Part shown: positions 11,247 to 26,200 of the stretch, piece by piece
Numbering within the stretch: the first letter of the stretch is position 1
Layout: every line of letters starts with the position of its first letter
Source: Lytechinus pictus
Lineage: Eukaryota
Reading direction: 5' to 3'
DNA: 64,000 nucleotides
NCBI RefSeq assembly: GCF_037042905.1
Contig: NC_087250.1
Span: 11,782,001-11,846,000 of the forward strand
Notes under the pieces: generated by a model
What the model was told of the DNA's origin: nothing
Seen by the model: only the letters and a program-made list of their open reading frames with translations
Database searches by the model: none
Program-made: the position numbers and the translations under genes

Positions 11247-14200
11247 CTGAAATTTGAAAGCGTTATAGATTTTTTATGAAATTGAACAGTGTAAAATTTA
11301 TCTCACTCAAAATTTAGAGTCCCATTGCACTAATCATTCACAAGCCTTTTACCTGGGCAGAAGTTTAAAAATTTGCTGGTTATTATTTATTTCAGTCAAA
11401 TCTGGCTAAAATCTAACCGAGCGAGTCTTATATTTTGAGATATATCACCATACTTAGAATAATAGAAAAATATTAATAAAATAATATTTATTTTATTCAT
11501 TGTTTTTTTAAATACATATGGCATCATTATAATTTCTTTTTAGGTTCTGCTTAACATTCTCAGACGGTCTTTCAAACCTTTAGTAAAATGTATCTTCTCG
11601 TAGATTTTTTAATATCATACATTGCCACTGTTACCTTAAGAATACCGTAATATTTTTAATTTATATTGTAATTTCTGTATATTTCTTGATTCCTTTGTTA
11701 TATTGATTATTTGTTAATTTCATGTTGTTTAAATTGTAAAACATCTGTCAATTCAGCTTTTAAGCTGTGCGGTCACATGTTTTTAATAAATCTTGAATCT
11801 AAAAGGAAAGCTTGCTATCGGATCACAAAATCTCATATACATATATGCTTTGTTAGGAAAACGAAATCCTTCTTTTTTTAAGGTTCCGTCGAATAGGTAA
11901 AAATCAAGCGTCTTTTCAAGTAACTTTTTCTCGACCATACGGCATTCACATTTTTACGCATAATGTCTCATATGGAATAGGAAAAAAATTGATATTCAAG
12001 TTACGAACTTAGTTTGACAAATAAATAGCTGTAAAAGCCAGAAAACAAATAATAATTTGCTCGTGCAAATGAAAATTTGGTAGCCCAATTTTCCATTGAC
12101 ATATCTCAGTTATGCGTGCATTATGAACGTTGGGATGGGCTTCAAATGATAAAGGAGAAGTATTTTTTCAATGATGTACATCTCATGAAGAAAATTTATG
12201 ATTATGATGGCAAAACATTACACTAAATTATGGCTTCTCTTTTTTTCTGGGAAACAATGTATGTTTCCCCAAGTGCAGATTGAAATGATTTTGATAACTG
12301 ACTCTTGCTTGCTTTAATAGTAGAATTCATACTCCAATTTTGATTCCTCTTCTTCTTCTTCTCCTCCTCCTCCTTTCCTTCCTTCCACTTCTACTTTGCC
12401 CTTTTTTGTTGTTCTACCCCTCCTCATTATTTGTTTTGCATTTGTGTCATTCCTCTTCGCACCTCTTAATAATGCTTCAAAATCAAAATCAACGTTTTTT
12501 TTTCTCGAAAAGGATTACAATAGGAAACGCCTCAAAATTAGATCGTTATCATCTTTGACAACATCCTGTTACCGTTATATACAGTGCCTAAATAAAAATC
12601 TTCCTATACATAGTATTTATCATGAATTATTATGTTTTTTGTAACGAAACTATTTTAGCGAAATATTACATTAGTATTCATACCATAACAAATAAAAGTA
12701 TGCAATTCTAAATTCAAAGTGCAACATGTCATCACCTGATTGGTTCTGTAGGGGGTAGTGGCTCTTCCGGTTCTGGTTCGATTTCCGGTACCGGTTCTGG
12801 TTCGGGAGCTGTTTTAAAAAACAAAATGGAGTTCCTAGTTCGGGTATATTATCATAACATTGATTTTCAACAAGTGCACACCTGGGGGGCGTTTCATGAA
12901 AAGACTTGTCGGACGTTTTATCCGACAAGTCCCATTTTATCCGACAGTTACCATAGTAACAGTACCTCTCAGCCAATCAACATCAGAGAAAGATGTCAGA
13001 TCTGACAACTTGTCGGATGAAAATGTTGATGAAACACTCCCCTGGTTACCAAAAATGCGTATAGGGCGATTCCATGCTAGAAAAATCAGCCATTTTCACA
13101 ACATTTTTCAACCTGCTGTCCAAACAAACGAGGAACTTCAATTCTTTTTTGTAGTAATAATAAAGTACTACTGGGTTGTCATGTAAAAAAAAATGGCAAC
13201 TGAAATAAATATCCTGTTCAATTGCGAATTACAGGTAAAATCAACATTTTTTGTTGGTTATCAGTTTATTCACAAAACTACCCACTATATATTTATCATT
13301 GACAAAAAAAATCATTGCTCAAGCATTCAGTTTAGAGAGTAAAAAATAAAATCGAAATGTCCCGTACGATACGTATGGAATCGCCCTAATATAGGATTTT
13401 CATTTAATTGAATGCAAGATAAAAAAGCATTGCCAATTAAATGGCTTGCTCACGGGCATACATGCCGCGGCCGGGGATCAAACCCCGCACATGCGTATTG
13501 TATATGGGCGCCTTAGACCACTCGGCAACGGCACCTCCCGTGGTATCTGTTCTCGATAACCAGATGTAAAACGAACCTATTGATGGGATACAAAATTTGG
13601 CATAATATGGGCCTAGAGTACTCAACCTTCACAGGCAAATGATTCATTATTGCAATACAATTACATTCAAAATTGTATGATGGGGCGAGCACATTTCACA
13701 AATATTCATCAGGATAAAATACATCGACAAAATTATCAAATTTTATAAAACACCAACTCAAATCATAGCTATCAAGTTGACGGTTTCGCTATCTAAAAAT
13801 TCGATGGCGTTGGGCGAGAGCACGATGTGCTGGATAACGTTTCTGAAAAACTGCGATCTTACTCAGCGCACGAAAGTGGAGATTAAAAAAAAAAAAAAAA
13901 AATCAAGCTTTAATGGTAAGATGCTTATATCAGATGGACGGAAAAAACGGTCGGTACCACATCTTGCTTATATTTTTTAAGGATAAGTGCTTGCAAAATA
14001 ATGTCTACATGACACATGACTCACTTTGTCAATGGTGCAAAAACGAATGAAAAAACAAACAAACAGAAAAAACAGTAATTATTATTTTAATCTGGTGGTT
14101 ATGAATCTCGTCTGCTATTCTGAGGGACGTGGGCAAGGGCGGAAATATCTCCCTTAAGGTACATGTCGGGGGACCAGGGGCTGGAAAGTGTGACAAGCAA

Positions 14201-17200
14201 AAAAAAAAGAAAAAAAAATAAAAAACGTTATCACCAAAAGGGTAAGGTCTTTTCGACCAAAATACATGTTTTATTTCGATTTTGAATGATTTATTTTTTC
14301 CAACATAAAAGACCAAATATAGTAGGGGGACATTTAATATCGTTTCCCCCTACTATTTTGGGTAGGGGGGACTCGTCCCCCTTGGATTTCCGCCCATGGA
14401 CGTGGGTTCGAGTCCAAGCCATTGCGTATTTTTTCTTTAGCATGAAATTTAGCCACATTGTGCTGCAATCAGCCCAGGAGAGGTGGATGAGTACCTTGTA
14501 GGAATTTATTCCTTAAAACGCAGTGCGCGTAACAATTGCTGTGCCAAAGGCATGGTAACTATACCGTGTTTACACTTATACCGTGTTTACACTTAATCGG
14601 CATTTGGTTCTGAACCAAATGCCGATGCAGAATCGGCATTTGGATTGCGTTTACACGTTGTTACAGCTCGCGGTTCAGAACCGCGAGCCGATGCAAAAAC
14701 CTGAAATGATACGCATACCAACAATATACGTCATAATAAAGACAACGCTGGATCAGTGCGCTTACAATTACGTCACAATGGTAAAGTAATTGAAATGCGC
14801 ACAAATTGCCGGTGCAGAATAGGCTTTCCGTTTTATACACGTAGTAAAAAAGCCGATTCAAGTTGCTCGCGTTTACACGCTATGAAAAAGCCGATGCTGA
14901 ATCGGCTCGCGGTTCAGAACCGCGAGCCGATTCAAATGCCGATTAAGTGTAAACACGGTATTTGTTGCATTACTGTAATGCGCTTAAGTAGAAACTTCTG
15001 ATAAAGTAAGTGCTAAAAGCGCTCCACAAGCAAGTATGACTATTATTAACATGTTTTTAAGTTTAATTCGGCATTCAACGAACTACCATAAGCGAGAGAT
15101 TTCTTTCATGGTAACCTTGGAGGAGTGATCGGAGAAAGATAACTGGGAGTTATCATTTTCCGATGTCTCTACCGATCTTTTTAATAGCCCACCCATCCTA
15201 GACACATTATTGTTATGTCCGGCCGCGAATCGACCGGTGTCCCCAGCATCAGAGCTCAAGTTTCTTAGAGCAGACATCGGCCGATTATCGATCGATGTCT
15301 GTCCGGACATTGGTCACTAACCGACCGATGCAATACCGGCATGCATCGATGCCATGCCAATGTAATTGACATCGGTCAGACATCGTCCGAACATCGGGTG
15401 GTGATCACAGATGCATCGGGGCCCTTTGTAAGCCACGTGATTTTGCATGTACAACTTTCAGTGCGGTTGTACACTACACATCACAATACAAGATGCCAAA
15501 AAAGAAGAGTAAACCGGCCGACAATCGCCCAGGCACCGTGCGATGTCCGACTGATACTCTACTAATAGTTGTACGATGTGTGGTTCATCGTCTGGCTATC
15601 GCACGAGCACCGTATGATTAATCAGAGATTAGTACCAGGGGTGGTATTCTGAGATCCATTTTATCTCAGATAAAATAAAATATTCTATATCCGTTAAAAT
15701 CAGTGAGATAAAATACCATTAAAATATCTCCAAATTGGTATTCTGAGAACAATTTTATCTTCATTTTATCTTTGTAATGGGGTGTTGCAAGAAAGTTACG
15801 TTGCAATTGATTGCAAATCGACTGCAACTTTGCAGCCGATCCCGATCGACTGCAACTAGCAATCAATCGCCAATTTGCGTTGCAAGAAAAAGGCTTGCGA
15901 TTGAACGCAAGTTGCAGCTGATTTGCAGACGATTTGCAGCTGTAAACAGGGTCTGCAGCACAAGACTAGCTGATGAAGCAAAATAATCCTTGCAATAATC
16001 GTGATTGTGGAAGAGAGTAAGTAGAAAATATTCATTTTTCACTGCTTTCTTTCTCCATTATGTATGTTTTCAGAGAATTTATATGTTTTAGACCTATGCC
16101 AGGGAAAAAATTATTTTGTAAAATGTGAAAATGTATCTTTATCGCCAGTCGAAATTTCACCTTCAATTTTTTTTTTACCACACAGTTTAAACCCAGTCCC
16201 ACACTTGACTTTTTGTGTCGGTAATGCACTGTTGTACCAACAACACGGCAGGACATTCCCGGTGCAGTGCTGTTAAAAATCACCCTGAAGCAAGTAAATT
16301 TGTAGGCTCTAATTATGTATGAAACATCGAAAATGACCTTAAAAGATTATTATTGTTCATATTTGAAATGATTTTTAAGTTATATAAGTTTCAACGGCTA
16401 ATAACCATCCAGTAAATGGATTCAATGCAGTCGAATGGCTAGCCAGGCGGCTTCTAGAGAGTAAAAATCATTTACTAACGTAAGGTCACTCTCATGAAGC
16501 CAGGGCTTCCGTCATATACTTTTGTGTGTACCACCAAAAAACCTGAAACTTTCGCCGACGCACGCGTCTGTAACGTTGGCGAAGAACAATAGGAAACAAG
16601 ATGGCGGCGTAAACATCAGGCAAGTCTCTTCCGTCTTTACACAATATTTCTCTCATTTTTTTGATGAATTCTTGTTCAAAAATAACAACGAGAGCGTAGA
16701 AATGTCGGAAATGAAGTTTTATCCCATGTACATGATTTAGGGCTAGATCTTTTAGAAAGAAAGTAGAAATCTCGGGGGCGAAAGTTTCAGGTTTTTTGGT
16801 GGTACACACAAAAGTATATGACGGAAGCCCTGGCTTCATGAGAGTGACCTTACGTTAGTAAATGATTTTTACTCTCTAGAAGCCGCCTGGCTACGAATGG
16901 CCACAACTTTTGAGAAACACTCGACAGAAAGCAATTTTTTGTTTTTAACTTAAAGGATTTTTAATCTAACGTTAGGCTTTAAATCAAAGACTTCCATTAA
17001 TTAGATCCTCTCCATTAGTCTCTCTTTTTTAAGAGTCTGTCTAACCTCCCTTTTTATGACTTTCCTTTGCCTGGCCTGGGATAGAATGAAAATTTTGCTC
17101 TTGACTTTGGAGGAATTGTTTATATTTATTTAATATTATTTTATTTATTTATTCCTTTATTTTTAATTTTTTGGAGGGGGGGGGGGTTCTCCACATTTTT

Positions 17201-20200
17201 CGCCAGGCCAAAAAAAAAAAAAAAGGTATAGGGGGTCTACATGTAGGCCTATATTATTAATTATTTTTAAAGATGTTATTGGGCTATTAAACCTATTGGC
17301 CACATCTGCCACATTCTTTGGGAAGTTTTAACATTGAACAGGGAGTTGCCCGCCCGGGGCTCTTTTTAAAATTTCTTACGGGCAGATTGCACAAGAGGTT
17401 CTTTGCAAGGACAGTCTATTTGTGTGGTTGATTTGTAATGATGTGCCGTATGAGTCACATTTTTAATATCCATCACATATAAATATAAAAAGATATAGGG
17501 CCTACATGTAAGCCTAAATAAATCTATTTTTTAGATTCAATATGTAGGTCTACTATGCCGGGGGGAAGGTACTTAGATTTGGTTTGGACAAAGGTGTGCG
17601 GCTGAAGGTTTGAAACCCGTACCCATATTTACAGGTCATTTCGGCTAAAAAGGTACCCATTATTAGGGATTCATTACAGGGGCGGATCCAGGATTTCCAC
17701 AAGGGGGGGGGGGCACATTTTCGCCTGGAAAACTTGACAAGCAAAAAAAAAAGAAAAAAGTTATCGCCCAAAATGTAAGGTAATTTTGTATTTGCACCAA
17801 AGACAAGAGTAGAATATGGACCCATGTTTAAGGCCAGTATCTAAAAATTGGGCCATGTTTAGGGATTTTCCAGCATAAAATCATACCCCATGTTTAGGGA
17901 TTTCTTCCAAAAAGGCGACCCATTCCAGCGGCACATCCCCATATGCATTATTTTGTGAGTCCCCCCCCCCCGGGCTACTATTTAACTGTCTCTAGTCTTA
18001 ACTTGATTTTTATGCAAGCACATGAGGTGCTATATAGATGACAGATTTTTTTTCACTTTAAATTGTTTAATGGATGATTACAATGCTTTTCCAGGTGCTT
18101 ACAGTAAAAGGGTGTCTCATATGGTGCATCATTATCATTTTATTAATATTGAATGCATAATCATGATTTTTTTTTTACATCCTTTTACATCAAGCACAAT
18201 ACTCGGGGGGGGGGGCATATGGTCCCCCTTCACATTTTTCAGAATAAATCTGCCACTCAAAATTTTATTACCGCACCACTGACTGGCGTTTTACTTTCAA
18301 GTCTCGCGCAACCTTTGAGACCAAATTTGCAATTCCCAGGTACAGGGTCAGGAAATTTTGCAACATTGTGTTTGTTTAAGTACATGTCAGACAAAAACAT
18401 GATTACATGTAAAAAGTTAATTGGGTAATTTTTTTTATTGACAATAGTAATTTAATGTCACTGATGAACTTTGTCTTGAAAATAACAAAAAAAAAAATAC
18501 ATTTAAGAAGTTAAGAAAAAATATTTTTTATACCAGATTTTTTAAAGTAAAGTTGTTAGGAATGCTCTAGAAAGGAATATGTACACCAAAGTTTAGCATT
18601 CTATTACAAGCTTTTTTTAGTAAATTAAAGCAAAAGCCAAAGGTATGATTCATAATTTTTTTATTGCGCCGCCCATAGCTGAGGAACCATAGTACCCCTC
18701 CCCAGGACAGAAGTGACTTTAATCAAAACACCCTGGGACTACTATAATGATTAACACACTGGCAACTGAGCTTAACTTGTATATTAATTTCATGAACATG
18801 TTTTATCTCTTTGCTTTTTGCTTTTAATTGCTTACTACAGTTATGACAAGGAAGTCTGGAATAAACCGAACCACCATAACTGTGTCTGCTACCATGTGTG
18901 TTCTTGCAACCAGCTGATTGATTCATTTTATCAACTCTTGAATGGTAGGTTACATGTAAACTGTATTATTATTAATAATTCACCATGATTGTAATGCGGA
19001 TGGGGGTGAAATCTGTACACATTGACCAAAGGATAATGCAAAATGAAAAAAAGGCAAACACAAATCTCTATCTTGACTGGACTTCTCAGCAATGAAGACA
19101 TCCCATTGATGGGGGGGGGGGGGGGGGGGAGGGGGCGGTTGTTGTGCTCATCCAAGGTGTACTGTATGAAAGTGTGTATTTTGCTTTCATTGATTTAATT
19201 TATTGCATATTTTAATTTCCATGATTCATTTATTTGGGGAAAAACAATCAGTTCACACTTTTTTATATTACATCATGGCAAATTGCCAATTACTATGGTC
19301 TCAGGAGTAAGCCACTTTCCCTCTATCATATCATCATGTCGGTGCAAACAACGCCCTTACCAGCAGGCATAGGGGCATTTCTGCACCAATGGGGTGCACA
19401 AAAATGTTTTGCTAAGGGCGTTTTTGCACTGAAAGGACAAAATTTGAACTAACCCAAGCTACATGTATGTATAGTTATGGGCTTGCATTATTTCCTATAT
19501 TATTATTTTTTATGGACAGGTTGATTATCAGAAATGAATTCAGAGCTGCTCCTGTCTGTAGTAAGATCATTTAGAGTGGACTTCAGAATGAGGGCGTTGC
19601 TTGTTTAAAATCTTCACTCCATGAAGCTCTCCAAATTCATCTCAAATTAGACTGCTTCTGGAAACCAGATTTGTTCCTTCAAGCAGAGACGCTTGTGGCT
19701 TTCCTGACTGGACTTCTATGGATTCTTCATGCCAACCTTAAGGACTGTGGTCTTCTGCATGATACATCAATTTCAAACAAGACATTCTGTGGTGAAACAC
19801 TTGATGTAGATGATATGAAATTTTATTTTATATAACTGAATCTCAGAAGTAATTCCTCGGGAGCAAGAAACATTGAAAAATAAAAATAAAAGGTCCATCA
19901 ATAATGAATGTCTTGAGCAGTGTTCTTTTTTTGTGCACAGATCAATGGATCTTTTCAAGTCCAAGCAGGGATGTAGTCAATGCTGACCTCGAGGCAACAT
20001 TTTGCTGGCCTTGGTCCGAGTCACTGTACAGAATCTATGGGAAGTTCTCTCAAGCTGCCTCATGACTCGGAAGAATCAGCCTCGACCTCATCCCTGTATG
20101 CAAGTGTGATATATATCTACGATGCAATCTTATGATTAAAGAGAGCTTCAGATTTTGAAGTGTAGCAATCTCCTGAAATGTATGTTTTATTTGAAAATCG

Positions 20201-23200
20201 AACTAAAATAACTTAATTGGGCATGTTATTCATTATGATATGTATGAATGAAAGCATTTAAGCAATTTAGTGCTCTTGCAAAATAAATTCTGAGTTGTAT
20301 TTACTTCAAACCCTCAGATATATTTATAAGCATTTGCCAGTGCATGAAGTGTTTTAATAAAGAGTGGCTTTTGTGCCTATGGAGAGTTATTATTTCTTCA
20401 ACATTTCTTCATACAAATTATTTCAGAAATCACAATTTGAATATTCCATGACCTCTGATAACAAGAGCAGAATATTTTTGGTAATTGACACACTTTAAAA
20501 TGATATTAGGAGAGAATGTACTGAAATTGTGTGAAAATAATGGCATAATTGCTGAAGAGGCCTATAAAGATTGAAAATAACATTATTTCAAGTTTTTCTT
20601 GAAAAAAACCCATGGAAAATGGCATAATTTACACAAGTTTTCAAAACAAAATACAAAAAAAAAAAATTTTTGCAGAATTTTTAGTACACAAGCCTATGGA
20701 CAATCAATTGAACGTAAATCGAACGCAAATTTTGCGCGTCCTCCAAAATCTCACATAAGTTACGTTCGATTTGCAATCGATCGCAAAGCTTGCGCTTGAT
20801 CTACGTTCAATTGATCAAACGCAACTTCTTCTTGCAACAGGATTGAACGTAACTTGCGTTCAATTGCAGATTTGCGTTTAATCGGAGGACTTACGCTCAA
20901 TTTTGGGAGTTGCGTTCGATTTGCGTTCAATCGCAAGTTTCTTGCAACACCCCATAAGACACATCAATTTTTTAATCAATATCCATTAGAAACGCGCTTT
21001 TATAGCTCTCTCATATCACTCAACCAATGGAAATCCATTCCGCTAGGAGGTGTGGTGAAGGAGTGATATTGCGACAATTTATTGACTTCAAATACGCTTG
21101 CGCGTCTTTACAGAGATTTCTTTTTAACAAAAATGGCAAAACTTTCTTTTTTCGAAGTCTATATCGCATCTTTTCAAGCATCATTTCAAAGACAATGTTA
21201 GTCAAGAAACGTCTTATGAAATAAAGTGTTGTTCTCAATGAATATATCATTTTTCTTAATTTTCATGCCAACATTTGAAGTTAATTCTCCTAGAAATATT
21301 GACAAAATCAACGTCGCGGAGATAAAATAGCCCCTACCTTCTTTTAAGTTTATTTTATTTTTTCTTCAAAGTAACTTGGGCGCAAGCACATCACCCGCGT
21401 TGCAATGGCCAGATACGCGATGGGAATATGTCTACGCAGCCACTGCTCTGTTGCGTATCATCATAGATACGCAAGATACAATTTTGAATTTTATCTGAGA
21501 GATAAAATGTCATCTCAGAATACCAAGTTCATTTAAGAGATAATAAAGAAATATATCAGGCTTTGAGAAAGTATAGTGGAATTATTTATCCGAGGTTGGT
21601 CTGGCAATTACTATTTTTCCCGAGGGGCGAAGCCCCGAGGGAAATATAGTAGTTTTGCCAGTCCAACCGAGGATTGATAATTTCCACTATGCTTTCGAAT
21701 GAAACGCCTGATATATTTGTTTATATCCTACTTTTAATATAATTTATAACCAAAATATATGCGCTGAGCTTGGAAAGTCCGGTTACTTGCGTTGAATTAC
21801 CTACTTTTCATCGAGCCACCGCGCTCAGCGAAACGCAGATTAGTGCCTGCGCCGACGCATCTCGGGACTTGCCCGGGAGAGAGAGCTCGCTGGCCGGTGC
21901 GCCCGAAAGTTTAGCTAAATAGTTTTCTGAAATAGTGACGTCAGAATATTGGTATAGCGAAAATTATATCCTACATTGAGTAAATTCTGTATAGTGATTG
22001 GTTCAAGTAGCATCATGTGACCGAGTATATTTCAACTATGATGTTGCGTGACGTCAGACCTCGATATATTTTTGGATATATCGAGGTCTGACGTCATTAT
22101 TTCACAAAACTGGATATCTAGCTAAACCTATGAGCTAAACTCTCGGGCGTACCGGCCAGCGCGCTCTCTCTCCCGGGCAAGTCCAGCGATGCGTCGGCGC
22201 AGGCTCTAATCTGCGTTCCGCTGAGCGCGATATGGCTCGGAGAAAAGTAGGTAATTCAACTCAAGTAACCGGACTTTGCAAGCTCAGCACATATATTTTG
22301 GTTATAAATTATTAAAAGTAGGATATAAAACAAATATATCAGGCGTTTCATTCGGAAGCATAGTGGGAATTATTAATCCTCGGTTGGACTGGCAAAACTC
22401 TTATATTTCCCTCGGGGCTTCGCCCCTCGGGACAAATAGTACTTGCCAGACCAACCTTGGATAAATAATTCCACTATACTTTCTCAAAGCCTGATATATT
22501 TGTTTAATATATCGAGGTCTGACGTTGCGCAACATCATAGTTGAAATATATTTGGTCACATGATGCTAGTTGAACCAATCATGGGCGCAAGCACATCATC
22601 CGCGTTGCAATGGTCAGATACGCGATGGGTATGTCTACGCAGGCACTGCTCTGTTGCATATCATCTGTAGATACGCAAGATAACATTTATACGCAGGATA
22701 GAATTTAAAATTTTATCTGAGAGATAAAATGTCATCTCAGAATACCAATTTCATTTTAAGGACGTTCCACAGTTATATTTGTGCGCATTATGATCTGCGC
22801 ATAGTTTACACTCTGCGCGCTGACGTCACAATGGATGAACAGGTATTAATTAGCTGCGGGTATGAGCTAATTTTTCTCATCTTCTGCACTTTAACTGCAG
22901 ATCCGATGCGTTATTTCATGAAGCTAAAAAATTGAATTATTTCATGGACCATTCAAAAAAATATTCTCTACAATTTCAAAATACTTTACTCTGCAGTGCT
23001 GCCAAGAATCACGAATATAAGCCCGAGTTTGAATAAATGGTAGAGTGGTTTTGATTTTTTCTTCACATAGATACTAAGCATTCGGCCCATTTGTGGTGTT
23101 TTAAAAAGCACATTTGCTCTAATAAAAATACTGATAGTTTAAAAACAAGCACATGAACCCCTATTTTTTAATGTTTCTACCTCTTAGGTATACCTTTCTC

Positions 23201-26200
23201 TACAACTCTGCAAATTTTGGTGAAAATGACATGGATTTTGAATAAAGTGCAGCATTTATTGTACGTTTGTAGTTTGTTACTGAAATTTTACATTTTTCAG
23301 ATTGGGATTTTGTTATCTTTTACGCCATTTTTAAGAACTGACAGTGCTGTTAAACTTAAAATTGCAAACAAATAGCACTATTAATAGATTCTCCATTCTA
23401 ACGATACAATTATTAACTCTCTTGCGAAATTTGATGACTTTTTCATGTATTTTGAATGAGTAATGGAGGTTTAAAACTCATTGTAGTAATCTTGGGCGGT
23501 CTAAAAATGCCAAATTCTTTTGAATGCGCAATTCTTAAGAACATCAATTTGGGGGAATTTTGAAGCTCTATAGCAAAAAATCAAGCACATGGACCTATGT
23601 TAATTTTTGCATATTTCGGATATTAAGGTTCTAAAGTATCTATGTGCAAAGTTTGGTGAAAATGACATGGATTTCACTTTAACTGTGGAACGTCCTTAAG
23701 AGATAAAATATTTTACAGATAAAATGACCTCAGAATACCGCCCCTGATCTCTGGTCGACGTCTGGCCTTGAATCACTGTCTCCACGGCCCCCTAAATATT
23801 CAGGTGTATGGATGGCATCCGCTTGATGGCACTTGTGTCTGAGGTTTTTTTGCCGGTGAGGAGTGCTCTCCTCACCGGCTTCCTCCGATTACTCCCGATG
23901 TCCTCCGACCGGCTGGGAAATGTGACTAAGGGTGCGTTTATCCGCCACTTTTTTACCCTAGAATCATGATTTGAATCATGATTCAAATCATGATTCTGCA
24001 GAATCACGATTGCGTTTAGTCGAAATTGAATATAATCATGATTAGAATCACAAACATGAAACACGAAAAAAGGGGCGTTTGGAAAGACGTTTCTGCAGAA
24101 TCACGTACGAAAATGTTCGAATAAACGATATCGTGATTACAATCATGATTATATGACCTCACTGTTGTGTCGGGCTACTTTCGGTTTGACTCTTGCCAAG
24201 CTCAAGGCGCTCTATATGCTCATTGTATGGACATGACTATGAATTCATTTCTTGTCATGTTCAAGTTCTGTGTTGGTCATCGCATCGTCCAATACTTTTC
24301 ATTTTTTGGTCATGTCTTCAACTTCAAGTTCTAGTAAATGAATTAACTGGACAGACAATGATCTCAGTTGTTGTTGAGTATACAGTATCAATATCAAATT
24401 GGATCTACGCTGAAATTCACTTCCGAACACTATTTTGGATAAACTAACAAGATGAATAGAAGCATATGGACCCTTTATGATAGAAGTAAACAAAATGAGG
24501 TATAGACTGAATTCTGATGGAAGCAAAATAATTTTCGAGAGCCGAAACACGTGCGAAAAACTTCCTCTGTCAAACTGCGCACTAGTGATGCGCACTGGAT
24601 TGGCCCGAATCTGAGGAGAAACAGCATTGGAATGAAGGTCGTCTAAACGCTGATTCTGTGATATTGTGATTCATGTTTGTGTTTTGAATCATGATTCAAA
24701 TCATGATTCAAATCATGATTCTGGCTTGAGGTCGCATAAACGCAGCCTATGCAATTGCGCTTGGCAAATTTACCGGAAGCATAGCTAGCAACGCGTTTGG
24801 CAATTAAATCCACGGGATGCATGGCTAACCATCCGTCAGTTGTTACTATTAAATGGATTCAAAATCGTTTTTTTTCCAAAAAAAATTATATAAAACAAAA
24901 TGATCCGCAGGTTAGTTCATGCGTCGTACGACAAGTGAACATGCGGTAACTAAGTAAACATGTCTCGTATGTTTAACAGTTCCATAGTATGCTCAGAAAA
25001 CCTACCGATGCCGTCACTTCTGTGCATTATTTGTGAAATATGATGGGGGGATATGGGAGGAGCACAGCATGAAATTCGATACACGTTTCGAGGCTCTGTA
25101 AATAAAGTGGAATAGACGGTGCAAAAATGGCGTTACAGTACAAAATGTGTGTAATTACCTGTCAAGGTACCCTGAATTTCAATCTCAGCTCTGCACTCGC
25201 CTTGGATAATGCGTACTGTAGCATCCACATCATTTGTTTTTAATCTGGAGTAATCAAGCTCAAAATCAAGGCACTCGTATGAAATTATCTCGAGAGTTTT
25301 AGTCTCAAGTATCTGCAATAAAAAAAATGAATTGCAATGGGCATGTAGTCTTCATCAAGATCAGGGGCTGGTTTCATTCAATTCAATTCAATTCAATTCC
25401 AATTCCAATTAAATTCAATACATACAATGTACAATAATAAGGCAAGACAATGTACATGTAAAACAAGAGAAATAAACGGGTACAAATGACAATAAACAGA
25501 TACAATATTGGCATTGGGTGGTCATAAAAACTTATCAAGGTTTGTCGAGATAACCACCCTTATATAAACGAAATAAGCCACATTGAAATTACAAATTTAT
25601 TAAAATGCTAATTTGAAATTAAATTCAATAATTGAAATCATTTGATATTACATGTACATATAATACTATAACCATACATACGTTAAAACACATTTAACCG
25701 GACAAACCCAACACATAAACACACAAGGGCAGTAAAAAAGGCAGTAATGATAATAAATAAACGATTCATAACGAAGTTTCTAATAGCCAATCAGTTTAAA
25801 GAATTTTAGTAGATATTATCTATTATTAACCGTATCAGACATCTGAGCAGGGCAACTTTGATACATTGCTGCTTGCTTAAGACTGGGATCAAATGGCCGT
25901 TCAATAAATTTCCAATTGTTTATTCACGGGCCCAATTTATTGCCCGCTCAGAAAAGTCAATGAGAAAATGCGTGAACATCCAGCGGGCAATAAAAGGCAG
26001 CGCTAACATCCGGGTGTTCTACGCGTTTTTGTGCGTCCTTGAACCGCGCAGTGTTTACGTCACAATGTTAATCAAGTTGAGACAACGCTGGATACTGCGT
26101 CCCCAGGCCAGGGACGCGTCATTTCAATTACGTCACAATGATACAGTTCAGAGGCACAGTCTGCTCAACATGGCAAAATAGATTCCCATTCTTAAACTGT

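Larger units (their letters stand above)
14085..15050 (+). mobile_element. tRNA-derived SINE split by two MITEs; same family as 55357-55505
   Basis: TGGTGGTTATGAATCTCGTC...GAGGGACGTGGG|TTCGAGTCC rejoins after removing 14134-14398; tail AAGCGC...TATTATT near 15017-15047. Confidence 0.65.
15779..20953. mobile_element. Harbinger-like non-autonomous element (nested)
   Basis: GGGGTGTTGCAAGAAA ... TTTCTTGCAACACCCC with TTGCG/CGCAA subterminal arrays. Confidence 0.65.
15638..23744. mobile_element. Harbinger-like non-autonomous element inflated by nested insertions
   Basis: GGGGTGGTATTCTGAG ... CTCAGAATACCGCCCC, with TTTTATCT/AGATAAAA subterminal motifs at both ends. Confidence 0.6.
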
